From contig JALNYO010000020.1 in assembly GCA_023229765.1 (NCBI GenBank), positions 1,525 to 65,524 on the forward strand: DNA of 64,000 bases. The letters are read 5' to 3'. The stretch comes from Syntrophales bacterium (GTDB taxonomy: Bacteria > Desulfobacterota > Syntrophia > Syntrophales > UBA5619). The notes beneath the pieces were generated by a model. That model was not told the DNA's origin, made no database searches, and saw only the letters and a program-made list of their open reading frames with translations. How positions within the stretch are numbered: the first letter of the stretch is position 1; every line of letters starts with the position of its first letter. Below, one piece after another: positions 46,124-56,119 of the stretch. A program made the position numbers and the translations under genes.

Positions 46124-47337
46124 AATACATAGTGTTACTGGGAGACGGGATGGCAGATTACCCCATTGACTCCCTGCAAGGGAAAACCCCGCTCGAATAC
46201 GCCTACACCCCCAATATGGACAGGATCGCAGCGGAGGGAACGTTGAGCCTGATCGACACAATTCCCTTGGGGCTTGCCCCCGGAAGCGATGTGGCGAATC
46301 TTGCCGTCCTCGGTTATGATTCCCGTGTCTTTTATTCGGGAAGGGCGCCGCTCGAGGCGGCCAATATGGGGGTCCAGCTTGCGTCGGAGGATGTCGCCTT
46401 TCGTTGCAATCTTGTGACATTAAGCGACTCTGCGGAGCCGGTTATGGAGGATTTTACTGCCGGCCATATCTCCTCTGCGGAGGCGGCACCCATTATAAAT
46501 GATTTGAACGCTGCGCTGGGCTCGGAACAGTTCCGGTTTCATCCCGGCGTCGGGTATCGGCACCTGTTGGTGTGGCACGGAGGAGAGCCTGGCATGAAGA
46601 CGACTCCGCCTCACGACATCACCGGCCAAAAGGTTGCGCCGTATCTGCCCAGCGGGGAGGGCGCTCTGGAGATATCCCGTCTGATGAAGCTATCCCAGGA
46701 GTTTCTTGCCGATTACCCGCTTAACCGGGAACGACTAGCGAAGGGGCTGAAACCAGTAACGTCTATCTGGCTTTGGGGGCAGGGGAGGGCGCCCCTGATT
46801 CAAAAAATGACGGAGAGATTTCAAATTACAGGCGGGATGATATCCGCCGTTGATCTGCTGAACGGAATCGGGGTTTATGCCGGGCTCGAGGTCCTCAAAG
46901 TCAAGGGGGCAACCGGCTACACCGATACCAATTATGTCGGCAAGGCCGAAATGGCATTGTCTGCGCTCCAGAATCTCGATTTTGTCTTTCTCCACGTCGA
47001 ATCCCCTGACGAGATGGGGCACGAAGGAAATCTCAGTGGGAAGATAATGGCGATTGAGGATTTCGATAAGAAGGTTGTTGGTACAATCCTTGACGGGATT
47101 CCCCTGCTTGGTGAATACCGGGTTGCCGTTTTAAGCGACCATCGGACTCCGATTGCGCTAAAAACCCATATTGCCGATCCGAGCCCACTGGCGTTTCTCT
47201 CTTCCCGACCCGGTGAAAATCAGGGCCGGGGAGTTTCGTTTGGGGAAACCAGCGCTCATAATTCCGGCAACATGGTATCGCCCGGATATAGATTCATGGA
47301 ACATTTTATCGGTGGTTTGGAGAGGCTCTTTGAATAG
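46120..47337 (+). CDS. Cofactor-independent phosphoglycerate mutase-like protein (archaeal ApgM family)
   Basis: MKYIVLLGDGMADYP N-terminus and a metal-site HVESPDEMGH motif of the alkaline-phosphatase superfamily. ATGA overlap with hom. Confidence 0.8.
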   Translation: MKYIVLLGDGMADYPIDSLQGKTPLEYAYTPNMDRIAAEGTLSLIDTIPLGLAPGSDVANLAVLGYDSRVFYSGRAPLEAANMGVQLASEDVAFRCNLVTLSDSAEPVMEDFTAGHISSAEAAPIINDLNAALGSEQFRFHPGVGYRHLLVWHGGEPGMKTTPPHDITGQKVAPYLPSGEGALEISRLMKLSQEFLADYPLNRERLAKGLKPVTSIWLWGQGRAPLIQKMTERFQITGGMISAVDLLNGIGVYAGLEVLKVKGATGYTDTNYVGKAEMALSALQNLDFVFLHVESPDEMGHEGNLSGKIMAIEDFDKKVVGTILDGIPLLGEYRVAVLSDHRTPIALKTHIADPSPLAFLSSRPGENQGRGVSFGETSAHNSGNMVSPGYRFMEHFIGGLERLFE

Positions 47338-47746
47338 AAGCCCGCTGAAAATTAGAGTCATTTACGCGGACACCGATGCGATGGGTATTGTCTATCACAC
47401 CAATTACATCCGCTGGTTCGAAATAGGAAGAACCGAGCTTTTTCGCGATCTTGGGATTGTTTATAAGGACCTTGAAGCATCAGGATGCAATCTGCCCGTA
47501 ACCCAGGCCTACTGTCATTACCACCTGCCTGCCCGCTATGATGATCTGGTTCTTTTGGAAACCGAGATAGACTTTATTAAGCGGGCCAGTATTAAATTTA
47601 CCCACAAGATATGGGACGAAGCGCATATCAATTTGCTGACCGAGGGCTATACTGTGCATGCCTGCACCGACCGCACCGGAAAAATTATCCGCATGCCGGC
47701 CATAATAACCGACAAACTCAGAACATTTGTTAATAATCCGCATTAA
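47330..47746 (+). CDS. Acyl-CoA thioesterase, 4HBT/YbgC family
   Basis: VIYADTDAMGIVYHTNYIRWFE hotdog-fold motif. The start is uncertain. The TTG at 47330 overlaps the upstream gene by 8 nt, and the ORF-track N-terminus lies inside the apgM-like gene. Confidence 0.7.
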   Translation: MNRSPLKIRVIYADTDAMGIVYHTNYIRWFEIGRTELFRDLGIVYKDLEASGCNLPVTQAYCHYHLPARYDDLVLLETEIDFIKRASIKFTHKIWDEAHINLLTEGYTVHACTDRTGKIIRMPAIITDKLRTFVNNPH

Positions 47747-47790
47747 CACGGATATCTTTTAAACGATTAATCACGCCGTAAAGGAGAGAA

Positions 47791-48477
47791 TTGAAAATAA
47801 TGACAAATAAGTTAGAAAAAAAAGAACTCGAAGAACCTGACAAGCTCACTATTTTATTCACTAAAATAAGATCATTTGTCGAAACCCACCGGAGTAAAAT
47901 ATATCTTGGAGCAGGGATAGCGGTCGTCATCTTTCTCATTGCCGGCGGCTTTTATCTCTATCAGGCAAATTACGAAAACAGAGCAGCCGGATTTTACAAT
48001 GGGATATTGACGGCCCAAATGAAAGCGGGTTCCCCCGCCGGCGACGAAGCATTGACGAAAGGATTGAAGGAACTACTCTCCAAATATCCGCGGAGCAATG
48101 CCGCTTCTCTCGGTCACTATCGCCTGGGGAATTTATATTACAACCGTCGCGCTTATGATGAGGCGGAGGCCTCCTATCATGCGTTTATCAAAAGCGCTTC
48201 TTCCGATAACGATTTAATCGCCCTTGCCTATAATGGTTTGGGCGCATGCGCAGAACAAAAAAAAGACCTTAAAAAGGCCCTGGAATTTTATGATCTGGCG
48301 ATGAAAACGAAGGCCGGTTCATCGTTTGAAAGTATAAATTACTCAAATATTGCGAGAATTTACGAGGAATTGAAGGATAACAAGAAGGCCGTTGAGTTCT
48401 ATCAGAAGGCGCTTTTGAAAACAACTGATCCGGCGAGGAGCATCTTGATAAAAAGAAAGCTGTCGCTATTGAGTTGA
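47791..48477 (+). CDS. Membrane-anchored TPR-repeat protein (YfgM-like architecture)
   Basis: One N-terminal TM followed by TPR-like repeats (LGNLYYNRRAYDEAEASY, AYNGLGACAEQKKDLKKALEFY). The start is either the TTG at 47791 or the ATG at 47800. Confidence 0.65.
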   Translation: MKIMTNKLEKKELEEPDKLTILFTKIRSFVETHRSKIYLGAGIAVVIFLIAGGFYLYQANYENRAAGFYNGILTAQMKAGSPAGDEALTKGLKELLSKYPRSNAASLGHYRLGNLYYNRRAYDEAEASYHAFIKSASSDNDLIALAYNGLGACAEQKKDLKKALEFYDLAMKTKAGSSFESINYSNIARIYEELKDNKKAVEFYQKALLKTTDPARSILIKRKLSLLS

Positions 48478-48509
48478 TTTTGACGTCTTCTTTTTAAAAG
48501 GTGAAATTT

Positions 48510-49448
48510 ATGACGGAAGATTACTATAAGACGCTGGGTATAGAAAAAGGGGTTGATCAGGAAGAGGTAAAGAAGGCCTACCGGAAACTGGCGATGAAGT
48601 ATCATCCCGACAAAAACCCCAATAACCGCGAGGCGGAAGAAAAATTTAAGAAAATCAGCGAGGCGTACGCCGTGTTAAGCGACGCTGAAAAGCGCAAGCA
48701 GTACGATACCTATGGCTCTGATCAGTTCAGTCAGCGCTACAGTCAGGAAGACATCTTCCGCAATGTGGATCTCAATGAGATCTTGAAGGGTTTTGGATTT
48801 GGCGGTATGGGCGGCGGGTTTCGCAGTACCGGCAGGCGGGGCGGCTTCAGTTTTCAAACGGGAGGAGGAGCCTACGATGATCGCTTCAGAGGGGGACAAT
48901 CCGCTTACTCTGTGCCGCAAAAAGGGGAGGACTTGCATTACAATCTTTCCATTACGCTCGAAGAGGCTGTTGCGGGTGCGGAAAAACAGATTTCCCTCCG
49001 CAGTGAAAACGGGATCAATGAAATAACGGTAAAAATTCCCGCCGGCATCAATACCGGCAAGAAGCTGCGGCTCTCCGGAAAAGGCTACCCGGGAACAAAC
49101 AACGGTTCCAATGGCGATTTATACCTGAACATTAATGTACTTCCTCATCCGCTGTTCGCCCGGGATGGAAATGACATATACATTGAAAAAACGATATCAT
49201 TCACCCAGGCTGCTTTGGGAGGCAGCATCGAAGTCCCGACGATCGATGGTTCTGTTAAAAGGCTTAAAGTTCCGTCAGGGACGCAGTGCGGCGCCAAGAT
49301 CCGTCTGAAGGGTTTGGGAATTCCCCCCCTCAAAGGATCTGGCACAGCGCATGGAGACCAGTTTGTAAAGATCAACATTGAGGTTCCCAGAAAGCTTTCC
49401 GCAAGCCAGACGAGTTTGATCAAAAAACTGGCTGAGGAAGGGATTTGA
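48510..49448 (+). CDS. cbpA: DnaJ-family co-chaperone without zinc finger (CbpA-like)
   Basis: J-domain (DYYKTLGI ... YHPDKN), G/F-rich linker, and C-terminal substrate-binding domains. No CxxCxGxG repeats are present. Confidence 0.8.
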   Translation: MTEDYYKTLGIEKGVDQEEVKKAYRKLAMKYHPDKNPNNREAEEKFKKISEAYAVLSDAEKRKQYDTYGSDQFSQRYSQEDIFRNVDLNEILKGFGFGGMGGGFRSTGRRGGFSFQTGGGAYDDRFRGGQSAYSVPQKGEDLHYNLSITLEEAVAGAEKQISLRSENGINEITVKIPAGINTGKKLRLSGKGYPGTNNGSNGDLYLNINVLPHPLFARDGNDIYIEKTISFTQAALGGSIEVPTIDGSVKRLKVPSGTQCGAKIRLKGLGIPPLKGSGTAHGDQFVKINIEVPRKLSASQTSLIKKLAEEGI

Positions 49449-49613
49449 TTAATTGCCTATAAGATATGTTATGTAAACTTAAGCCGATACATTTTAAAAT
49501 CAGACCCCTTTTGACGTTTTACGCGGTTGGGAATGTAGCTACTCCGGTTGATTAGACAGACTAGCCCCTGAGTAGTTACAAATAAAGTGCAATAAGACTG
49601 ATAATCGGAAGGA

Positions 49614-50354
49614 TTATGTTTCCAGCATAGTGATATCGCCGATCGCCCCGAGATGTTCCCCGACAATTATCACTATCCCCAGCACGCCGCCTATTTTCAT
49701 TCCTTGCTCAAGAACCGCCTTGATATCCCTTACAGATTTCACCATATTGCCGACTGCGGTTGCTGCTGCGTCGGCAAGGGCTGCCGATTTGGCCTTCACA
49801 CAACAGACGTCCGCTTTGCCAAAGCTTAGCGAGTGTCCCACCGTTCCCGACGAGGTGCAGATGCCAATGGGCATCTCTTCTTGTTTTATATGAATTGCCA
49901 CACGCTCGCTTAGTGGAGATTCTCCTGCGAAAATTCCGATTTGTATGTCACTTGCTGTATCAGCGTAGATGTCTCCGCCGTTTTCTATTATTACATTGCG
50001 CGAGTATTTTCTAAGCTCTCTTCCCACATATTCCGCTATTGTGCCGGCGACTGCCGCCATCGGGCCTACCCCTGCCTCCCTTGAGGCTTGCAGCATTTCG
50101 CTTACCGGCGATGGAGGCATTATCTCAAAATTAATCGGTTTCAGAGAGGTTAGAAAATCAGGATGGTCTTTTATGCATGCCTCAATTATCTGGCGGGCTT
50201 TGTATAATGAAGTCAGGGATTCTTGTGCAAGGTCGTAGTCAGCACTGACAAATATATCAGACTCTTCAATACTTACATTAAATACTTTAAGGTTGTTCTT
50301 TACTATGTTGTTACGATAAGCGCGAATAAGATAATCTGCCGGTTTTTTCTCCAT
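49614..50354 (-). CDS. UPF0280/ApbE-like family protein
   Basis: GVGPMAAVAGTIAEYVG ... ENGGDIY motif resembles the ApbE-related UPF0280 family (from memory). Confidence 0.5.
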   Translation of the reverse strand: MEKKPADYLIRAYRNNIVKNNLKVFNVSIEESDIFVSADYDLAQESLTSLYKARQIIEACIKDHPDFLTSLKPINFEIMPPSPVSEMLQASREAGVGPMAAVAGTIAEYVGRELRKYSRNVIIENGGDIYADTASDIQIGIFAGESPLSERVAIHIKQEEMPIGICTSSGTVGHSLSFGKADVCCVKAKSAALADAAATAVGNMVKSVRDIKAVLEQGMKIGGVLGIVIIVGEHLGAIGDITMLET

Positions 50355-50450
50355 GGCATCAAACCCTCATCCCCGGCGACAACTGATAGTTATTTCCCGC
50401 TATCCGCCTAAACACATACAGACTATCCACCTGTGCAGTTACCAAATTCG

Positions 50451-53400
50451 CTATACAAACTGCAGTGAACCGGCGCCCAGTATCCGTTCCGCTTCCGATC
50501 TCAGCGGTACGGAAAGATCGAGCTTCATATCCTCGCCCAAGTATATCAAGGTTTCGCACCTTGGCTCGACCAGCTTGATATATCCATCCAGCTTTCCCGA
50601 GTAGCGTTGGAGGCAGTGAAAGAGGGTTTCGATATCATCGGGAACGGTCTGTCTCATGTCAACCGTGAAATAGGCCGCGCTGTAGGATTTTTCCGCGGCT
50701 TCAGTCAGCAGTGTTACCTCGGAGGCGATCACCTTCACATTCTCTTCCCCGGCGTCAATGACTCCCTTGATCAGCAGCGGCGCGTCGCCGTGCAGAAGTT
50801 GATAGCTGTTTTTATATGTTTCCGGGAAAACAATTATGTCAACCGAACCTTTCAAATCCTCCAAGAGGATGTAAGCCATCGTCTCTTTGCGCTTTGTCTG
50901 AACGTCGCGGATGCTGCTGACGATTCCGGCTATCATCACCGCCTCGCGATCCGTTTTGGATCTCAGATTCGCTGAATCAGCCGTTACGATCATCCCGAGC
51001 CGTTCCTTGTAAGGTGAAAGGGGGTGGCCGCTGATATAGAAACCGATCGTCTCCTTTTCATAGGCGAGCAGATCCTTATGTTCCCATTCTGCCATTTCAG
51101 GAAGCGAGTTTTCTTTTTTTAAATTTATATTACCTGTAGTTGACGCTCTTTCTTCAAGTTGATCAAGAAGGTTTGTCTGATTGCTGTTTTTCTCCTTATG
51201 GCGCTTCTGCGCCTTCTCCATAATCTCTTCATAGAAGGTCATTAACTGGTTCCGGTTATTTCCAGTTGAATCAAACGCCCCGCACTTGATCAGGCTTTCG
51301 ATAACCCTTTTATTGATCTTGCGGGGATCGATGCGATCGCAAAAATCAAAAAACGACGTAAACGGGCCGCTCTCATCTCTTGACTCGATTACCGAATCGA
51401 CAGCGCCGGCCCCAACATTTTTCACCGCCGCAAGGCCAAACCGAACGTGGTCTCCGGCGACGCTGAAGTCTCTCATTGACTCATTTATGTCCGGCGGGAG
51501 GACATTTATCCCCATCTCCCGGCAACTGCTGATATGACTTATGATCTTGTCGCGGTTATCCTTTTCGCTGGTTAAAAGCGCCGCGACAAATTCCGCCGGA
51601 TAATGGGCCTTGACGTAGGCGGTTTGATAGGTGACTATCGCGTACGCTGTACTGTGCGATTTATTGAATCCATATTTCCCGAAGGTCTCCATCTGCTCCC
51701 ATATTTTGAGGGCCTTTGCTTCGGGAATATTTTTACTCTTTGCTCCCGCGATGAACTTTGGCTTTTCCCGGTTTTCCATCTCATCGGTCTTCTTTTTGCT
51801 CATGACCTTGCGAAGCGTGTCGGCCTCAGAGAGTTTGTAGTTTCCGATGGCTACGGCGATCTGCATCACCTGTTCCTGATAGACGATAATGCCGTAAGTT
51901 TCTTTGAGAATTGCCTCCAGTTCGGGGGTTTCGTAAACGATTCTGGTTCGGCCCTGCTTCCTGGCGATAAACTCCGGAATATTTTCCATTGGGCCGGGAC
52001 GATAAAGGGCGATCAACGCGATTACGTCTTCAATGCAGTCCGGCTTCATCCGGATCAGCATATCCTTCATGCCGGAGCTTTCTAACTGAAAAACGCCATC
52101 GGTGTCCCCGCGCATCAGAAGCTCATACGTTGGGCGGTCATCAAGAGGAAGGTTGTCGATATCGATCGCCACTCCCCTTCCCTCTTTCGCGAAACGAACG
52201 GCGTCACTGATAACGGTAAGTGTTTTCAGGCCCAGAAAATCGAATTTCGTAAGCCCCACATCCGCCACTTCATTCATCGCAAACTGGGTAAAAACAATGT
52301 CTTCTTTCAGGCTTTTGGCAAGCGGGATTCTTTCTACAAGGGGGATGTCGGAGACTACCACCCCTGCCGCATGGATCGATGCATGGCGGTTCAGTCCCTC
52401 TAAAGTTTTTGAAAAATCCAGTAGCTTTTTAACCTGCGGATTGTTTTTCTCTTCATCCTGAAGGCGTTTTTCGGATTTAATTGCATCCGCAAGTTTGATA
52501 TTGAGAACGTTGGGGATTAATTTGGCAATCTTGTCAACCTCGCCATAAGGCATGCCCATCGCCCTGCCAACATCCCGGATAACGGCTCTGGCCTGCATTT
52601 TCCCAAAGGTAATGATTTTCGAAACCTTGTCCGCACCGTATTTATCCGTCACATAATTGAATATCTGTTCCCTGCCTTCCGGGGCGAAATCGGTGTCGAT
52701 ATCGGGCATGGTGACCCTGTCCGGGTTGAGAAACCTCTCGAAAAAAAGGTTGTAACGGATTGGATCGACCTTAGTAATTCCGGTAGCTAAGGCAACCAGG
52801 CTGCCGGCGGCGGAGCCTCTTCCCGGTCCCACCGGAATGTTTTTTTCTCGCGCCTTTTCGATAAAATCGGCAACGATCAGAAAGTATCCCGGGAAACCCA
52901 TTGTCCGGATCATCTCCAGCTCCTGTTCGAGCCTTTTTTCGTATGTTTCCCGGAGATTTTCCCTGCCGTCGCGAAGCAGATTCGGGAGAAGAGCCGCGAG
53001 TCCTGCACGCGCCTTTTGCTCCAGCCTGCCGTCTAACGTTTCGTCTGTGCCCACCTCCAGCGTCGGGAGATAAAACTTCCCGAATTCGAAGGAAATATTG
53101 CATCTGTCTGCTATTTTTCCTGTATTTTCAATGGCATCTGGGCAATAATTAAAGAGCCGCTTCATCTCTTCCGGGGAGCGGAAGTAGAACTGATCAGTGG
53201 AAAAACGCATCCGCTCAACATCTCGCAGTGTTTTGCCGGTTTGTATGCACAGGAGCACTTCTTGCGCCTCGGCGTCCTCCCGGTTGAGGTAATGGCAGTC
53301 GCAGGTGGCGACAAGCGGGATAGAATACTTGCGGCTCAGCTCAATCAAACCCTCGTTTGCCTGCTTCTGTTCGGGAATGCCGTTTTCCATGATTTCGAGA

Positions 53401-53924
53401 AAGAAATTCCCTTCGCCGAAAATGTCACGGTACTCCAGAGCCTGCCTGCCTGCCTCGTCCATATTTCCGTTAAGGATGGCTGAAGCGATTTCCCCATGAA
53501 GACAGGCGCTCATGCCGATGAGCCCTTCGTGATACTCGCGGAGAATCTCCTTATCTATCCGCGGCTTGTAGTAAAAACCCTCAAGAAACGCCAATGTAGA
53601 TAATTTCATCAGGTTCTTGTATCCCTGCAGATTGGAGGCAAGAACGATCAGATGGTAGGCGTTTTCCCCCGGTCCAGAGCCGGCCCGATCGGTGCGTTTG
53701 TGCGGCGCCACGTACAGTTCGCAGCCGATGATCGGCTTTACCCCATGTTTAGTGGCCTGTTTATAGAAATCGATCGTACCGTAGATATTACCGTGATCGG
53801 TCATTGCCACGGCCGGCATTCCGTACTCTTTTGCCTTCTGGAAAAGGTCGTCGAGACGGATCATCCCATCGAGCAGGCTGTAATGCGTGTGGACGTGCAG
53901 ATGCACAAAATCGGAGAATCCCAT
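50451..53924 (-). CDS. dnaE: DNA polymerase III alpha subunit
   Basis: PHP domain (FVHLHVHTHYSLLDG), polymerase core (GPGRGSAAGS, PDIDTDF), OB-fold C-terminus. 1157 aa. Confidence 0.97.
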   Translation of the reverse strand: MGFSDFVHLHVHTHYSLLDGMIRLDDLFQKAKEYGMPAVAMTDHGNIYGTIDFYKQATKHGVKPIIGCELYVAPHKRTDRAGSGPGENAYHLIVLASNLQGYKNLMKLSTLAFLEGFYYKPRIDKEILREYHEGLIGMSACLHGEIASAILNGNMDEAGRQALEYRDIFGEGNFFLEIMENGIPEQKQANEGLIELSRKYSIPLVATCDCHYLNREDAEAQEVLLCIQTGKTLRDVERMRFSTDQFYFRSPEEMKRLFNYCPDAIENTGKIADRCNISFEFGKFYLPTLEVGTDETLDGRLEQKARAGLAALLPNLLRDGRENLRETYEKRLEQELEMIRTMGFPGYFLIVADFIEKAREKNIPVGPGRGSAAGSLVALATGITKVDPIRYNLFFERFLNPDRVTMPDIDTDFAPEGREQIFNYVTDKYGADKVSKIITFGKMQARAVIRDVGRAMGMPYGEVDKIAKLIPNVLNIKLADAIKSEKRLQDEEKNNPQVKKLLDFSKTLEGLNRHASIHAAGVVVSDIPLVERIPLAKSLKEDIVFTQFAMNEVADVGLTKFDFLGLKTLTVISDAVRFAKEGRGVAIDIDNLPLDDRPTYELLMRGDTDGVFQLESSGMKDMLIRMKPDCIEDVIALIALYRPGPMENIPEFIARKQGRTRIVYETPELEAILKETYGIIVYQEQVMQIAVAIGNYKLSEADTLRKVMSKKKTDEMENREKPKFIAGAKSKNIPEAKALKIWEQMETFGKYGFNKSHSTAYAIVTYQTAYVKAHYPAEFVAALLTSEKDNRDKIISHISSCREMGINVLPPDINESMRDFSVAGDHVRFGLAAVKNVGAGAVDSVIESRDESGPFTSFFDFCDRIDPRKINKRVIESLIKCGAFDSTGNNRNQLMTFYEEIMEKAQKRHKEKNSNQTNLLDQLEERASTTGNINLKKENSLPEMAEWEHKDLLAYEKETIGFYISGHPLSPYKERLGMIVTADSANLRSKTDREAVMIAGIVSSIRDVQTKRKETMAYILLEDLKGSVDIIVFPETYKNSYQLLHGDAPLLIKGVIDAGEENVKVIASEVTLLTEAAEKSYSAAYFTVDMRQTVPDDIETLFHCLQRYSGKLDGYIKLVEPRCETLIYLGEDMKLDLSVPLRSEAERILGAGSLQFV

Positions 53925-53927
53925 TGC

Positions 53928-55391
53928 TCAATCCAGCCAGTAGTTGGGCGCTTCTTTGGTTATGATGACGTCGTGCACATGACTTTCCCGAAGCCCCGCC
54001 GTGGTAATTTTCACAAATCTGGCCTTCTGGTGCAATTCGCTTATCGTGCGGCAGCCGACATAGCCCATGCCCGCCTTTATCCCTCCGAGCAACTGGTGGA
54101 TGCCGGCAGAGATGGAACCGCGATAGGGTACCCGTCCTTCTATTCCCTCCGGCACAAGCTTCGAGTTGCTCTCCAGATCATCCTGATAGTAGCGATCCTT
54201 GCTTCCCATTTTCATGGCCTCCAAGGAGCCCATCCCGCGATATACCTTATAACTGCGCCCCTGAAAAAGCACTGTCTCGCCAGGGCTTTCCTCGGTTCCC
54301 GCAAAAAAGCTCCCAATCATTACCGTTTGTGCGCCTGCCGCAAGCGCCTTGACGATATCGCCGGAATACTTGATCCCTCCATCGGCAATAATCGGAATAT
54401 TGTGCTCCTTGCCAATCTTGTAGGCGTCGCGAATCGCGCTCATCTGGGGAACGCCCACCCCGGCTATTATTCTTGTGGTGCAGATGGACCCGGGGCCGAC
54501 CCCGACCTTGACGGCGTCAACCCCGGCTTTTATCAGAGCCAGGGCGCCCTCGGAGGTGGCGATGTTTCCGGCAATAAGTTCGCATTGGGGGAAATTTCTC
54601 TTCGTATCCCGAACGGCATCCAGAACACCGGAAGAGTGGCCATGCGAGGTATCTATTACGATTACGTCTGCCCCGGCTGCCAGGAGCGCGGCAATCCGCT
54701 CTTCGCGATCAACGATGCCGACCGCAGCCCCGACCCGCAGTCTTCCCAGCGGATCCTTGCAGGCAAGCGGATATTTTTTTATCTTTTCGATATCCTTGAT
54801 CGTAATCAGACCTTTGAGATTGTAGTTTTCATCAACGACAAGGAGTTTTTCAATGCGGTGTTTATGGAGGAGTTTTTTCGAATCCTCCAGGGAAATATTG
54901 GTGGAGGGAACCGTTACCAGATTCTCCTTCGTCATGACATCGGCAACGGATTGGTCAAGATCGGTTTCAAAGCGTAAATCGCGGTTCGTCAAAATACCGA
55001 CCAGCACCTTGTTTTTAACAACTGGAACGCCGGATATCCGGTATTGATTCATCAGCGCCAAGGCATCCCTGACCTTACGCCCCGGTTCAATGGTAATCGG
55101 ATCGACAATCATTCCGCTTTCCGACTTCTTAACCTTGTCAACCTCGATAACCTGTCTTTCGATGCTCATGTTTCTGTGGATGATTCCGATTCCCCCCTCC
55201 TGGGCCAGACTGATCGCCGTTCTGGATTCGGTGACGGTATCCATCGCCGCGCTGATTATCGGGATATTAAGCCTGATATTATTTGTTAAAAATGTTGCGC
55301 CATCAATATCCCGCGGCAGAACGTTCGATTCCGCCGGAATCAGCAACAGATCATCAAACGTATATGCATCAAGTACGGTATCATCTAACAT
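53928..55391 (-). CDS. guaB: IMP dehydrogenase
   Basis: Tandem CBS pair. Catalytic loop [19 protein letters not shown] motif. Confidence 0.97.
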   Translation of the reverse strand: MLDDTVLDAYTFDDLLLIPAESNVLPRDIDGATFLTNNIRLNIPIISAAMDTVTESRTAISLAQEGGIGIIHRNMSIERQVIEVDKVKKSESGMIVDPITIEPGRKVRDALALMNQYRISGVPVVKNKVLVGILTNRDLRFETDLDQSVADVMTKENLVTVPSTNISLEDSKKLLHKHRIEKLLVVDENYNLKGLITIKDIEKIKKYPLACKDPLGRLRVGAAVGIVDREERIAALLAAGADVIVIDTSHGHSSGVLDAVRDTKRNFPQCELIAGNIATSEGALALIKAGVDAVKVGVGPGSICTTRIIAGVGVPQMSAIRDAYKIGKEHNIPIIADGGIKYSGDIVKALAAGAQTVMIGSFFAGTEESPGETVLFQGRSYKVYRGMGSLEAMKMGSKDRYYQDDLESNSKLVPEGIEGRVPYRGSISAGIHQLLGGIKAGMGYVGCRTISELHQKARFVKITTAGLRESHVHDVIITKEAPNYWLD

Positions 55392-55406
55392 AAGACCTCC
55401 AGTTTA

Positions 55407-55856
55407 TTAAAAAAATCGTTTGCTGTCCAAAAGCATTGTGACCGGTCCGTCATTGGCTATTACGACCGTCATCATGGCCTGAAATTCTCCCTCGGCGACA
55501 AACCGCACTTGTTTTTTTGCCTGAGACACCAGGTGGTCATACAGGGGGCGCGCCTGCTCCGGTCGTTCGGCATTTGTGAAGGAGGGTCTTCTGCCCTTCC
55601 GACAATCGCCAAGCAGCGTAAACTGGGAAACAACGAGCAGCTCGGCATCCATGTCGAGCAGCGAAAGGTTCATTTTCCCCGTTTCGTCCTCAAAGATGCG
55701 GAGGTTAATGATTTTTTCCAGAAGATAATCCGCGTCAGCTTCGCTGTCGCCCAGCTCAATGCCGAGAAATACTAATATTCCCTTCCCTATTTCCGATATT
55801 AATCGATTACTTACAGTTACACTTGCCGATTCAACTCTTTGCAATACCGCCCGCAT
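55407..55856 (-). CDS. dtd: D-aminoacyl-tRNA deacylase
   Basis: MRAVLQRV start and SQFTL and GRRPSF motifs. The ATG at 55856 follows an AAGGTGG RBS. The ORF-track start is a GTG inside that RBS. Confidence 0.9.
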   Translation of the reverse strand: MRAVLQRVESASVTVSNRLISEIGKGILVFLGIELGDSEADADYLLEKIINLRIFEDETGKMNLSLLDMDAELLVVSQFTLLGDCRKGRRPSFTNAERPEQARPLYDHLVSQAKKQVRFVAEGEFQAMMTVVIANDGPVTMLLDSKRFF

Positions 55857-56064
55857 AGCATCCACCTTTTCAGCACGCTGATGCTATCAATAATCAGTTC
55901 GCTCTTCAAGCTATTTTTCTGAACTTGGATGTGAAAGAGGTGTCAAACCTACACTATTGACAAAATAGCAGCTTTAAGATGCGGGACTAACGGAATTTTT
56001 CAAAGCGGAGGCGAAAGATGAAGCCGTAATCGGCAGAAATATAAAAAGTGTAGGTTTGGCACCT

Positions 56065-56099
56065 ATACAAGACGGCGCCTTTGGGGGCGCCGTCTTGTA
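56065..56099. terminator. Perfect 15-bp stem hairpin (ATACAAGACGGCGCC / GGCGCCGTCTTGTAT, 5-nt loop)
   Basis: Read directly from the sequence. It lies 21 nt downstream of the stop of the 56120 gene (minus strand). There is no clear U-tract on either strand. Confidence 0.5.
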
Positions 56100-56119
56100 T
56101 GCCAAAACCAGGATGTTTA

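Noticed and set aside
49449-49613. Possible small RNA or tRNA in the cbpA / UPF0280 convergent intergenic region
   Set aside because: No cloverleaf-compatible stems, no conserved tRNA boxes and no strong hairpin were seen by eye.
53652-54977. 441-aa plus-strand ORF
   Set aside because: It lies entirely antisense to guaB and the dnaE start, both of which have unambiguous motifs. Its translation is low-complexity with no recognisable domain. It is a shadow ORF.
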